This document shows positions 33,072 to 41,488 of a stretch of 64,000 bases of DNA, one piece after another. The stretch covers positions 672,001 through 736,000 of the forward strand of contig CBDESU010000001.1 in the NCBI GenBank assembly GCA_965242695.1, read 5' to 3'. The position numbers were made by a program, and so were the translations under genes. The stretch comes from Cenarchaeum sp. GTDB lineage: Archaea > Thermoproteota > Nitrososphaeria > Nitrososphaerales > Nitrosopumilaceae. The notes under the pieces are model-generated. The model did no database searches and was not told the origin of the DNA. It was given only the letters and a program-made list of their open reading frames with translations. The first letter of the stretch is position 1. The number at the start of each line of letters is the position of its first letter.

Positions 33072-34733
33072 CTATTCCGCTGCCGCCCTGACGTACTCGC
33101 CCGGGCTGCGCCCGGCGCCGGCCGGCAGCCCCGTGATCCCGCCCTCTAGGCTGTCGGCCGCCATGCCCTTGCCGGCGAGCACGTTGGCAGCCGCCATGGA
33201 CGTGTTGCCGGCCATGCACACGCACAGGACCTTGCCGCCCCCCGCCGCCTCGCGTATCGAGTCGGGCACCTGCCGCGTCGTAATCATCTCCCTGGCCGCG
33301 CTCGCCGTCGGGACGACGATCTTTGACCTGTCGACGCCGAGCGAGGATGCGAGCATCTCTATTCCCTCCTCGCGCGGGGCGTACTGCATGTGGACCCATA
33401 CGATGCGGTCGTACGAGGATGCGGCCGCGGCGGCCTGCTCGACCGACACCTGGGCGGGCGCCGGCGCCCCGGACGACTCGGACCTCTCGCGGATGGCCTT
33501 TTCGTACTTTGCCACCCCGTCGGCGACGATCACGACGAACCTGCGCCCGCCCTTTCCGCTCCCGCCGCCGGCTGCCCCGCCCCCTCCGCCGCCCTCAAAG
33601 CTGGCCATGAGGAGCACGGCGTACAGCGCAAGGGCCGAGCTCTCGCCGATGTCGCGGCCCCTGCCGGCAAAGAACTCTAGCAGGCGCGAGGCCTTTGCAA
33701 AGTCGACCTCGTGCTCGGACGCGTACTCGGACGGCCTGTACATGCGCAGCCCCGACGCGTTGGCCCTCGTGCGTATTCCTGCCACGTCCTGCCCCGCGCT
33801 CGGGAACACGACATGGACGGGCTTTGCAGAGTACCTCTCGGCCGCGTACCGCGCCAGGCCGCCGGACGTGCCGCCGGTGCCGAACGTGCAGACTATCTCG
33901 ACGTCGCCGAGCGTGTACGACGACCCGTCGCCCGGCGAGAGGGCGCGCAGCTGCCCGTCGATCTCGGGGCCCGTCACGGTCCGGTGCGCCTCTATGTTCA
34001 GGTCGTTGTCGTACTGCTCGGGGCAGAACATGCCGTACGCGCCGGCGATGAGCTTTGCCAGGTTGATGACGTCCTGGGCGGCGAGCAGCCTTACGGCCTC
34101 GCCGGCGACGCCGTCGAACGGCGCGGGGTCAAACCCCATGCCCTGCAGCTGCGAGCGGACGTTGTCCGCGGCGGCGCGGGCCGCGATCTCCTCCCTGCTG
34201 CCCTTGATGCCGGGGGCCGGGCAGATGTCCATGTCGAGGTCCATGACGTGGATGCCGGCGCCGCGGAGGTCGGACAGGACTCCCTCCTGGAGCCTGCGCG
34301 AGACGAGGGCTACGACGGGAAGGCCGAGCCTTGCGACTAGGCCGAGCGCGATGCCAAAGTTGCCAGAGGTCGCCTCGATGACGGCCTGCCCGCCGCGCAG
34401 CTTGCCCGTGCGTATGGCATCGTGTATGATGTGGACGGCGGGCCTGACCTTTATCGAGCCCGACGGCAGGCCGCCGTCGAGCTTGCCAAAGACCCTGATG
34501 CCCGTGTCAGACAGGTCTGCATTGAAGACCTTTTCGGCGCACTCTAGCAGGTCGTCGGTCAGGTCGACGAGCGGGGTCGGGCATGCGATCGGGGGCACGC
34601 CGCCCTCGGAATCGGCCCCGGCCGACTCGTCGGGGTGGGGAACCTTTTCGTACATCTGCCCGCGGAACCTTGCGAGCAGCTCTTCGTCGATGGCCGCCTC
34701 GTCGCTCACGGCCGCGCGCGCCTGCGGCCACAT
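33072..34733 (-). CDS. PLP-dependent cysteine-synthase-like enzyme with C-terminal rhodanese-like domain
   Basis: TPLVDL, SGSIKVR, EATSGNFG, GTGGT. C-terminal VCMAGNTS...SLEGGI. Confidence 0.85.
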   Translation of the reverse strand: MWPQARAAVSDEAAIDEELLARFRGQMYEKVPHPDESAGADSEGGVPPIACPTPLVDLTDDLLECAEKVFNADLSDTGIRVFGKLDGGLPSGSIKVRPAVHIIHDAIRTGKLRGGQAVIEATSGNFGIALGLVARLGLPVVALVSRRLQEGVLSDLRGAGIHVMDLDMDICPAPGIKGSREEIAARAAADNVRSQLQGMGFDPAPFDGVAGEAVRLLAAQDVINLAKLIAGAYGMFCPEQYDNDLNIEAHRTVTGPEIDGQLRALSPGDGSSYTLGDVEIVCTFGTGGTSGGLARYAAERYSAKPVHVVFPSAGQDVAGIRTRANASGLRMYRPSEYASEHEVDFAKASRLLEFFAGRGRDIGESSALALYAVLLMASFEGGGGGGAAGGGSGKGGRRFVVIVADGVAKYEKAIRERSESSGAPAPAQVSVEQAAAAASSYDRIVWVHMQYAPREEGIEMLASSLGVDRSKIVVPTASAAREMITTRQVPDSIREAAGGGKVLCVCMAGNTSMAAANVLAGKGMAADSLEGGITGLPAGAGRSPGEYVRAAAE

Positions 34734-34812
34734 TTAGGATTTTACCCGTCAGGGCGGGCCGCGGGGCCGCGCGCAGGAGGGCAGAGGCGGCCCTGCGGCG
34801 TTCCTGCTCTTG

Positions 34813-35085
34813 CTACGCACGAAAGACGTACACATGGCGGGCGGCCGCGCCTCCCTGCCCCGCGGCCCCGCCGGCTGCGCGGTCGCGCCGCATGCCGAGC
34901 CCCGCAAGGCGGTCAGCTACGGCGCGCGCCATCCCGGCGCTGCCCGCGTCCCAGTCTGCCCATGTGGGCGGGCTGCGGCGCTCGCGCCTGCTCTGGCGCG
35001 GGTCGTGGGTCGTCCCGACGCGCCAGCCGCCGTACGAGCCGGACGCGGCGCGCATGGCCTCGAGGATGATCCTCTTCGCAATCAC
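34813..35085 (-). CDS. Small hypothetical protein
   Basis: YGGWRVGTTHDP...HVYVFR; TTTTTA upstream. Confidence 0.45.
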   Translation of the reverse strand: MIAKRIILEAMRAASGSYGGWRVGTTHDPRQSRRERRSPPTWADWDAGSAGMARAVADRLAGLGMRRDRAAGGAAGQGGAAARHVYVFRA

Positions 35086-35332
35086 GGCCGGCCCCGCAGG
35101 CGGCGGCGTAAAAACGGTGCGCGGCGCCCCGCCGCCGCCGTCACCCGGGATTCGGGGCGATCGCTGTCGCACGGGCCGTGCGGGGCCAGAACCGCGCTGC
35201 CTGCCGCTCCCGCTCCAGCCTGGACACGCATGGCAGGGCGTGCGGGGGCCAGCCGCGGCCCTGCATGTGCGCCGGATGGCCGCGAACTATGTCGCATCTG
35301 CGCGCGCGCAATCCTGTCCCGGTCCGTGCCGC

Positions 35333-35872
35333 TTACGGCCACGCCGCCCGCCCTGCCTGCGCCGCTATGACTGCCTTGCGAAGCCACATCGCCTTGTTGG
35401 TCTCGTCGAAGCACACGTTGAACTTGTTGAGAAAACCATCCCTGCCCAGCAGAAAGGGCGGGTTGGCGTCACGACTGCGCGACCATTCCGTGTCGGGGGA
35501 AAGCGCCGTGACGACGTCCATGTCCACCCAGTACTTGCCGATCCATGCCTCGGTTCGGAGCTGCACGTGGTACGTGTCCATCTTCCAGCCCACGCCGAAC
35601 GCGGGATGCTTGCCGTCTTCGCTCAGCGCAACGCCCATCTCCTGCACGCCCCACATCGGCACGGACGGCATGGTTGCGCCTGTGTCGATCACCGCCATGC
35701 CCAGAACCATGTCAGAATCATCTGGCAAAGCCACCGCGGGATTCCATACCCTGATCGGAATCGCCGGCGCCAGCGTGTATACGACCTTGCCGCTTGCTGT
35801 CGGACTTTCCATCTTTACGTAGTCCGAGCGCACCTACCCTGGCGGGTACGCATCGAACTCAATCGTAGACAT
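35333..35872 (-). pseudogene. Retropepsin-like (clan AA) aspartic protease, cassette 1, in-frame TAG at codon 13
   Basis: IDTGA...FLLGRD. TGG of the paralogs is TAG at 35834-36; a GTG restart is possible at 35833. Confidence 0.7.
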
Positions 35873-36107
35873 AGTAGGCATCGGGAACCTCTGTATGGTC
35901 GGCGTATATGTAGTGCATGAGCGGCACTCCCTTGCCGGCCTTGGAGCCCTCCTGGTGGGCGCGCCTCGGATCCTTGTCGTGCGCGACAATCTCCCCGTCT
36001 GCCACCGCTATCCACTGGCCGCCGTACCTCTTGTACTCCTCCTCCGACATGTTGCCAAGGAACTCGACATCCTTCATGGGACTTCTATGGAGATCGTTCT
36101 CTGTCAT
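35859..36107 (-). CDS. DUF5678-like protein, cassette 1
   Basis: YKRYGGQWIAVADGEIVAHDKD. Confidence 0.78.
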   Translation of the reverse strand: MTENDLHRSPMKDVEFLGNMSEEEYKRYGGQWIAVADGEIVAHDKDPRRAHQEGSKAGKGVPLMHYIYADHTEVPDAYYVYD

Positions 36108-36251
36108 GGCGGGCCGTGGCGGAGGTCGATACTTAAGGCTTGCGCAGTGCGGCACGGGAGTATATAAGGAGCAAACGACACTGGCTTGAAATCCTGCACC
36201 TACGCGGCGTTCATGCTTGAACCCATGTAAACCCCCTGGGGCGCGCCGGCC

Positions 36252-36378
36252 TGTGGTCGAGCGACCCCTCAAACGGCATGGGCCAACAGAGCCCTCATGC
36301 TTGAATGGGGCAGTCCGAGCTGCTGTGTTACTGGGCCGTAGAGCCCTGATAGGTGAGTGCAGCTTACGACCGACCACA
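36252..36378 (+). ncRNA. Putative bridge RNA of IS110 element B
   Basis: Closing stem TGTGGTCG/CGACCACA encloses two loop modules. 36295-303 TCATGCTTG equals the target flank; 36349-55 ATAGGTG equals the right end plus core. Confidence 0.78.
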
Positions 36379-36401
36379 CGTATGATAAAGGGGGTGATAA
36401 T

Positions 36402-37511
36402 GTGAAATATATTGGAATAGACATCGCTAAAGAGACCAACCATGCATGCATCATGGACCGCAAGGGCAAGGTTCTCGACCGCGCCATGTTTGGCAACACG
36501 GCCGAGGGCACACGCAGGTTCCTCAAGGCAGCGCGCAGGGAGCACGGCAAGTTCGTCGTCGGCTGCGAGGCCACGGGGTACATGTGGGCAAAGTTGTGCG
36601 ACATGTGCGCGAAGGAGAATGTGGAGTTCAAGCTTGGCAGTCCGTACAAGATGCGGATCATATGGATGAGCTCCAACAAGAACGACAAGAACGATGCCGA
36701 AAAGATCGCGGATCTGCTAAGGCGCGACGCCTTTCCGGCGTGCCACCTGGGCGACCAGGAGACGCGCGCGCTGAGGGACATGATGCGCGCCATCATCGCA
36801 CTCGTACAGGACAGGACGAAGGTCTGCAACAGGCTTCGCGCCCTGCTCGTAAAGTACGATTTACGCCTAAAAGCGACCAAGATCTACTCGAACAAAGCCA
36901 TTACCCAGCTCCGCGGCACAACGCTAGGCAACCACGTCGACAACACGAACATCCAGCGCCTCGTCAAGCAGCTAGAGTTCTTCAACCGCGAGATCGGCCT
37001 TGCAGAGAAGGATGTTCTCCGCGAGGCGGCAAACTCAAAGTTTGCCCCGACGGTGCGCCGGATCGTCAGCATGACTGGCGTCGACGCGTACTCTGCGCTG
37101 CTGATTTCAGCAGAGCTGGACGGCATAGATCGATTCTCGGATCCCAAGAAGATTATCTCGACGGTAGGCATGTGCCCAAGCGTGCACCAGTCGGGAGACT
37201 CTCTACGCCATGGCGGCATGAAAAAGCTCGACGTTAACCGCAAGCTCAACTGGATAATGATTCAGGTGGCATCAGTGGCAGTCCGCTACGACGACCACCT
37301 GAAGAAGTACTATGAGCACGTCAAGAAGCGACACGGCGGCAAGCACGTGATCGCGGTCACACACGTGGCCAACAAGATGTTGCGGATAATGTGGGCCATG
37401 GAGCGAGACCATACGCTATATTGGTACCGCAACGAAAAGCTGTACCAGAGCAAGCTGGCAAAACTCGACAAGGCGATGCGTTCCGACACGACTCAGAAGA
37501 TCCAGGGGTAG
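36402..37511 (+). CDS. IS110-family transposase/recombinase
   Basis: YIGIDIAK, CEATG, KNDKNDA, SMTGV, GMCPSVHQSG. GGGGGTGA SD-like sequence before GTG 36402. Confidence 0.95.
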   Translation: MKYIGIDIAKETNHACIMDRKGKVLDRAMFGNTAEGTRRFLKAARREHGKFVVGCEATGYMWAKLCDMCAKENVEFKLGSPYKMRIIWMSSNKNDKNDAEKIADLLRRDAFPACHLGDQETRALRDMMRAIIALVQDRTKVCNRLRALLVKYDLRLKATKIYSNKAITQLRGTTLGNHVDNTNIQRLVKQLEFFNREIGLAEKDVLREAANSKFAPTVRRIVSMTGVDAYSALLISAELDGIDRFSDPKKIISTVGMCPSVHQSGDSLRHGGMKKLDVNRKLNWIMIQVASVAVRYDDHLKKYYEHVKKRHGGKHVIAVTHVANKMLRIMWAMERDHTLYWYRNEKLYQSKLAKLDKAMRSDTTQKIQG

Positions 37512-37844
37512 TTTTTTCCCGACCAGCACCCGAAGCCTGGCCTACCGGCCGGGCCGCATCGAGGCCCCCGGCCCCCGCCGGTTGCCGCCCCCATAGGGGG
37601 CGACGCGAGCAATGTTTAAGAAGGATGCCGCCGGCCGGCCCTCGGTCGCATGACGCAGGACACCGACTTGGCCGGCGCGCCCCTGGGGGTTTCATAGGTG
37701 GCCGCCGAAGCCCGCCATGCGCGCAAGGCGAATCGGCGGTGGTGATCCGACAGGCGCTGTCCGCCGCCGCCGATCGCCGCAAGCGCCTTGTCCGCCATGC
37801 CGCCGAGCGCACTAGTGCCACCGTCCCGCGCTGCCGTCCTCCTA

Positions 37845-37935
37845 TAGTCCCGAGCATAAGTTCCCGACCCTTTTATGTGCATCGATTAGGCGTCGATGCA
37901 GCAAAAAGAGGGTCAAGGACATGTGCTCGTGACTA
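37845..37935. mobile_element. 91-bp foldback MITE flanked by TA duplication (IS630/Tc1-like)
   Basis: TA-TAGTCCCGAGCA...TGCTCGTGACTA-TA. Absent from the paralogous site 39151-39165. Confidence 0.75.
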
Positions 37936-38122
37936 TACTCGGGGCGATCGCCGATGTGCGGGCTGTGCGGGCCAGAGCCGAGCTGTCCGCTGCGCTCGCA
38001 CCCGCCAGCCTAGACACGCATGGCAGGGCGTGCGGGGGCCCGCCGCGGCCCTGCGTGTGCGCCGGATGGTCGCGATCTGTGCCGCATCCATGCACATGGA
38101 ATTCCGATCTGGGTCGTACCAC

Positions 38123-38665
38123 TCACGGCCACGCCGCCCGCCCAGCCTGCGCCTCCATGATGGCCTTGCGAAGCCACATCGCCTTGTTGGTCTCGTCGAA
38201 GCACACGTTGAACTTGTTGAGAAAGCCGTCGCGTCCCAGCAGGAACGGCGGGTTGGCGTCACGCCTGCGCGACCATTCCGTGTCGGGGGAAAGCGCCGCG
38301 ACGACGCCCATATCCACCCAGTACATGCCGATCCACGCCTCGATGCGGACCAGCACGCGGTACGCATCCATCTGCCAGCCCACGCCGAATGCAGGCTGCT
38401 TGCTGTCTTTGCTCAGCACAATGCCAAGCTCCTGCACGCCCCACATCGGCACGGATGGCCTGACTGCGCCTGTGTCGATCACCGCCGTGCCCTGAATTAT
38501 GCTGTAGGCATCCGACAAAGCCACCGCGGGATTTCGCACCCTGATCGGAATCGCCGGCGCCAGTACGTAGGCGACCCTGCCGCTTGCCGTCGGCCTTTCA
38601 ACCTCCGTGTAGTCCGAGCGCACCCACCCTGGCGGGAACGCATCGAAATCAATCTTCGAAGACAT
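38123..38665 (-). CDS. Retropepsin-like aspartic protease, cassette 2
   Basis: IDTGA, FLLGRDGFL. ATG overlaps upstream gene by 17 nt. Confidence 0.8.
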   Translation of the reverse strand: MSSKIDFDAFPPGWVRSDYTEVERPTASGRVAYVLAPAIPIRVRNPAVALSDAYSIIQGTAVIDTGAVRPSVPMWGVQELGIVLSKDSKQPAFGVGWQMDAYRVLVRIEAWIGMYWVDMGVVAALSPDTEWSRRRDANPPFLLGRDGFLNKFNVCFDETNKAMWLRKAIMEAQAGRAAWP

Positions 38666-38900
38666 AGTAGGCCTCGGGGACTTCCGTATGGTCGGCGTAG
38701 ATGTAGTCCATGTGTGGCACTCCCTTGCCGGCCCTGCAGCCGTCCTGGTGGACGCGCCTCGGATCCTTGCCGTGCGCGACGATCTTCCCGTCTGCCACCG
38801 CCACCCACTGGCCGCCGTACCTCTTGTACTCCTCCTCCGGCATGGTGGCAAGGAACTTGACATCCTTCATGGGGCTCTTATAGAGATCGTCCACTGTCAT
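38649..38900 (-). CDS. DUF5678-like protein, cassette 2
   Basis: YKRYGGQWVAVADGKIVAHGKD. Confidence 0.78.
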   Translation of the reverse strand: MTVDDLYKSPMKDVKFLATMPEEEYKRYGGQWVAVADGKIVAHGKDPRRVHQDGCRAGKGVPHMDYIYADHTEVPEAYYVFED

Positions 38901-39338
38901 GCCGGGCCTTGGCGGAGGCCGACACTTAAGGCTTGCGCAGTGCGGCATGGAAGTATATAAGGAGCAAACGACACTGGCTTGAAAATCTGCACCTATGCGG
39001 CGTTCATGCTTGGCCGCCGAAGCCCGCCATGCGCGCAAGGCGAATCGGCGGTGGTGATCCGACAGGCGCTGTCCGCCGCCGCCGATCGCCGCAAGCGCCT
39101 TGTCCGCCATGCCGCCGAGCGCACTAGTGCTACCGTCCCGCGCTGCCGTCCTCCTGCTCGGGGCGATCGCTGTCGCACGGGCCGTGCGGGGCCAGAACCG
39201 CGCTGCCTGCCGCTCCCGCTCCAGCCTGGACACGCATGGCAGGGCGTGCGGGGGCCAGCCGCGGCCCTGCATGTGCGCCGGATGGCCGCGAACTATGTCG
39301 CATCTGCGCGCGCGCAATCCTGTCCCGGTCCGTGCCGC

Positions 39339-39884
39339 TTACGGCCACGCCGCCCGCCCTGCCTGCGCCGCTATGACTGCCTTGCGAAGCCACATCGCCT
39401 TGTTGGTCTCGTCGAAGCACACGTTGAACTTGTTGAGAAAGCCGTCGCGTCCCAGCAGAAAGGGCGGGTTGGCGTCACGACTGCGCGACCATTCCGTGTC
39501 GGGGGAAAGCGCCGTGACGACGTCCATGTCCACCCAATACTTGCCGATCCATGCCTTGATGCAGACCAGCACGCGGTGCGCATCCATCTGCCAGCCCACG
39601 CCAAACGCAGGATGCTTGTCGTCTTCGCTCAGCGCAACGCCCATCTCCTGCACGCCCCACATCGGCACGGACGGCATGGTTGCGCCTGTGTCGATCACCG
39701 CTGTGCCCTGAATTATACTGTAGGCATCCGGCAAAGCCGTAGCCGCGGGGTTTCGAACCCTGATCGGAATCGCCGGCGCCAATACGTAGGCTACCCTGCC
39801 GCTTGCCGTCGGCTTTCCCACCTCCGTGTAGTCCGAGTGCACCCACCCTGGCGGGAACGCATCGAAGTCAATCTTCGAAGATAT
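39339..39884 (-). CDS. Retropepsin-like aspartic protease, cassette 3 (ATG changed to ATA; possible GTG start 39842)
   Basis: IDTGA, FLLGRD. The aligned start codon reads ATA. Confidence 0.65.
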   Translation of the reverse strand: MSSKIDFDAFPPGWVHSDYTEVGKPTASGRVAYVLAPAIPIRVRNPAATALPDAYSIIQGTAVIDTGATMPSVPMWGVQEMGVALSEDDKHPAFGVGWQMDAHRVLVCIKAWIGKYWVDMDVVTALSPDTEWSRSRDANPPFLLGRDGFLNKFNVCFDETNKAMWLRKAVIAAQAGRAAWP

Positions 39885-40119
39885 AGTAGGCAGGTGGGAC
39901 TTCCGTGTGGTCGGCGTAGATGTAGTCCATGAGCGGCACTCCTTTGCCGGCCTCTGATCCCTCCTTGTGGACGCGTTCAGGATCCTTCCCATGCGCGACG
40001 ATCTCCCCGTCGGCCACAGCCACCCACTGGCCGCCGTACCTCTTGTACTCCTCCTCCGGCATGGTGGCAAGGAACTTGACATCCTTCATGGGGCTCCTGT
40101 AGCGGTCGTTCTCTGCCAT
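39868..40119 (-). CDS. DUF5678-like protein, cassette 3
   Basis: YKRYGGQWVAVADGEIVAHGKD. Confidence 0.78.
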   Translation of the reverse strand: MAENDRYRSPMKDVKFLATMPEEEYKRYGGQWVAVADGEIVAHGKDPERVHKEGSEAGKGVPLMDYIYADHTEVPPAYYIFED

Positions 40120-40589
40120 GGCGGGCCGTGGCAAGGGCCGGCATTTAGGGCTTGCGCAGTGCGGCACGGGAGTATATAAGGAACAGACCACAACGGCTTG
40201 GAATTCTGCACCTGTACGGCATTCTGCCTTGGCCGACGCGGTGGCATGCGCGCGAGGCAATCGCCGGTGGCGACCTGACTGGAGCTGCCCGCCGCCGCCG
40301 ATCGTTGCATGTGCCCTGCCCGCCATGCCGTCGGGCGCGCCCGCGGCCGGCGTTCGGACGCGGCCGTTACATGGGCTAGGTGCGATCGTCGCCGCGCAGT
40401 CCGTGCGGGGCAGGAACCGCACTGCCCGCCGCTCTCGCACCGACCCCCCTTGGACACACATGGCAGTGCGCATGGAACCCTGACATGGCCCTGCGCGTGC
40501 GCCGAACGGGAACGATCCGCCACCTGCGCATGCGTATAATCCGCCCCGGCATGCAGCTCACGGCCACGCTGCCCGCCCCGCCTGCGCCT

Positions 40590-41102
40590 CTATATGACGG
40601 CCTTGCGAAGCCACATCGCCTTGTTGGGCTCGTCGAAGCACACGTTATACCTGCTCAGAAAGCCGTTCCTGCCCAGCAGGATCGGCAGGCGGGCTCTCTG
40701 CCCGCGCGACCATTCAGTGTCGGGGGACAGCGCTGGGACGACATCGTTATCCGTCCAGGTGCCGTCGATCCACGCCTCGACGCCGACCTGTATGCAGTAC
40801 GCGTCGATCTGGCCGCCGACGCCAAACGCCGGCTGCTTGCTGTCCTCGCTCACCGCAATGCCAAGGCGGTGCACCATCCACAACGGAACGGATGATATCG
40901 TTGCACCGGTGTCGACCATGGCGTTGCCCAGGATCGCGTTCAAAGGATCTGACAAATCCTTCATGGGATTTCGGATTATGATGGGAACTGCTGGAGCCAG
41001 TGTGGAGACAATCTTGCCGCTCGAACTCGGCGGCCATATCTCGATATAGTCGCTACGTATCCACCCTGGCGGAAACCCGCTGGGGTCACTCCTCGGTGGC
41101 AT
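40590..41102 (-). CDS. Retropepsin-like aspartic protease, cassette 4 (most diverged)
   Basis: VDTGA, ILLGRNGFL. Confidence 0.8.
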   Translation of the reverse strand: MPPRSDPSGFPPGWIRSDYIEIWPPSSSGKIVSTLAPAVPIIIRNPMKDLSDPLNAILGNAMVDTGATISSVPLWMVHRLGIAVSEDSKQPAFGVGGQIDAYCIQVGVEAWIDGTWTDNDVVPALSPDTEWSRGQRARLPILLGRNGFLSRYNVCFDEPNKAMWLRKAVI

Positions 41103-41337
41103 AGTAGGAAAATGGCGCCACAGTATAGTCCGTGTAGATGTACTCCATGAATGGCATGCCCTTGCCGGCCTCGCAGGCATCCTTGTGGACGCGCTCGGGA
41201 TCCTTGCCGTGCGCGACGATCTCCTTGTTGACCACCGCCACCCACTCCCTCCTGTACGGCTCTAACTCCTCCGATGTCTTGGATGCCAGGAACTTGATGG
41301 CCTCCATGGGGTTGCCCCTAGGGTCTTTCACCGCCAT
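41086..41337 (-). CDS. DUF5678-like protein, cassette 4
   Basis: PYRREWVAVVNKEIVAHGKD. Confidence 0.78.
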   Translation of the reverse strand: MAVKDPRGNPMEAIKFLASKTSEELEPYRREWVAVVNKEIVAHGKDPERVHKDACEAGKGMPFMEYIYTDYTVAPFSYYATEE

Positions 41338-41488
41338 GCCGGGCCTAGGCAGGGCCGCTATTTAAGGCGTCCGCTGTGCGGCAAGGGATCTATATAAAGA
41401 GCGGCCGGCCTTGGCCTGCGTCCTTGCCCCCGCACCGCGCAAGCCTTGCCCGCAGTGCGTGAGGCGATCGCCGCCCCCGCCGCCCCGG

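Larger units (their letters stand above)
36220..37698 (+). mobile_element. IS110/IS1111-family element B with TG core and 23-bp sub-terminal inverted repeats
   Basis: Empty site TTCATGCT-TG-GCCGCCGAAG at 39003-39022. IRs at 36229-51 and 37670-92 (1 mismatch). Confidence 0.95.
35155..41400 (-). repeat. Tandem array of four ~1.2-kb cassettes (DUF5678-like + aspartic protease)
   Basis: Coding and intergenic blocks recur at about 35.2, 38.0, 39.2 and 40.4 kb. Confidence 0.95.

Noticed and set aside
38123-38900. gag-pol-like programmed frameshift fusing DUF5678 and protease
   Set aside because: The overlapping open frame is expected in GC-rich DNA; no slippery heptamer seen, and a coupled ATG exists in copies 1, 2 and 4.
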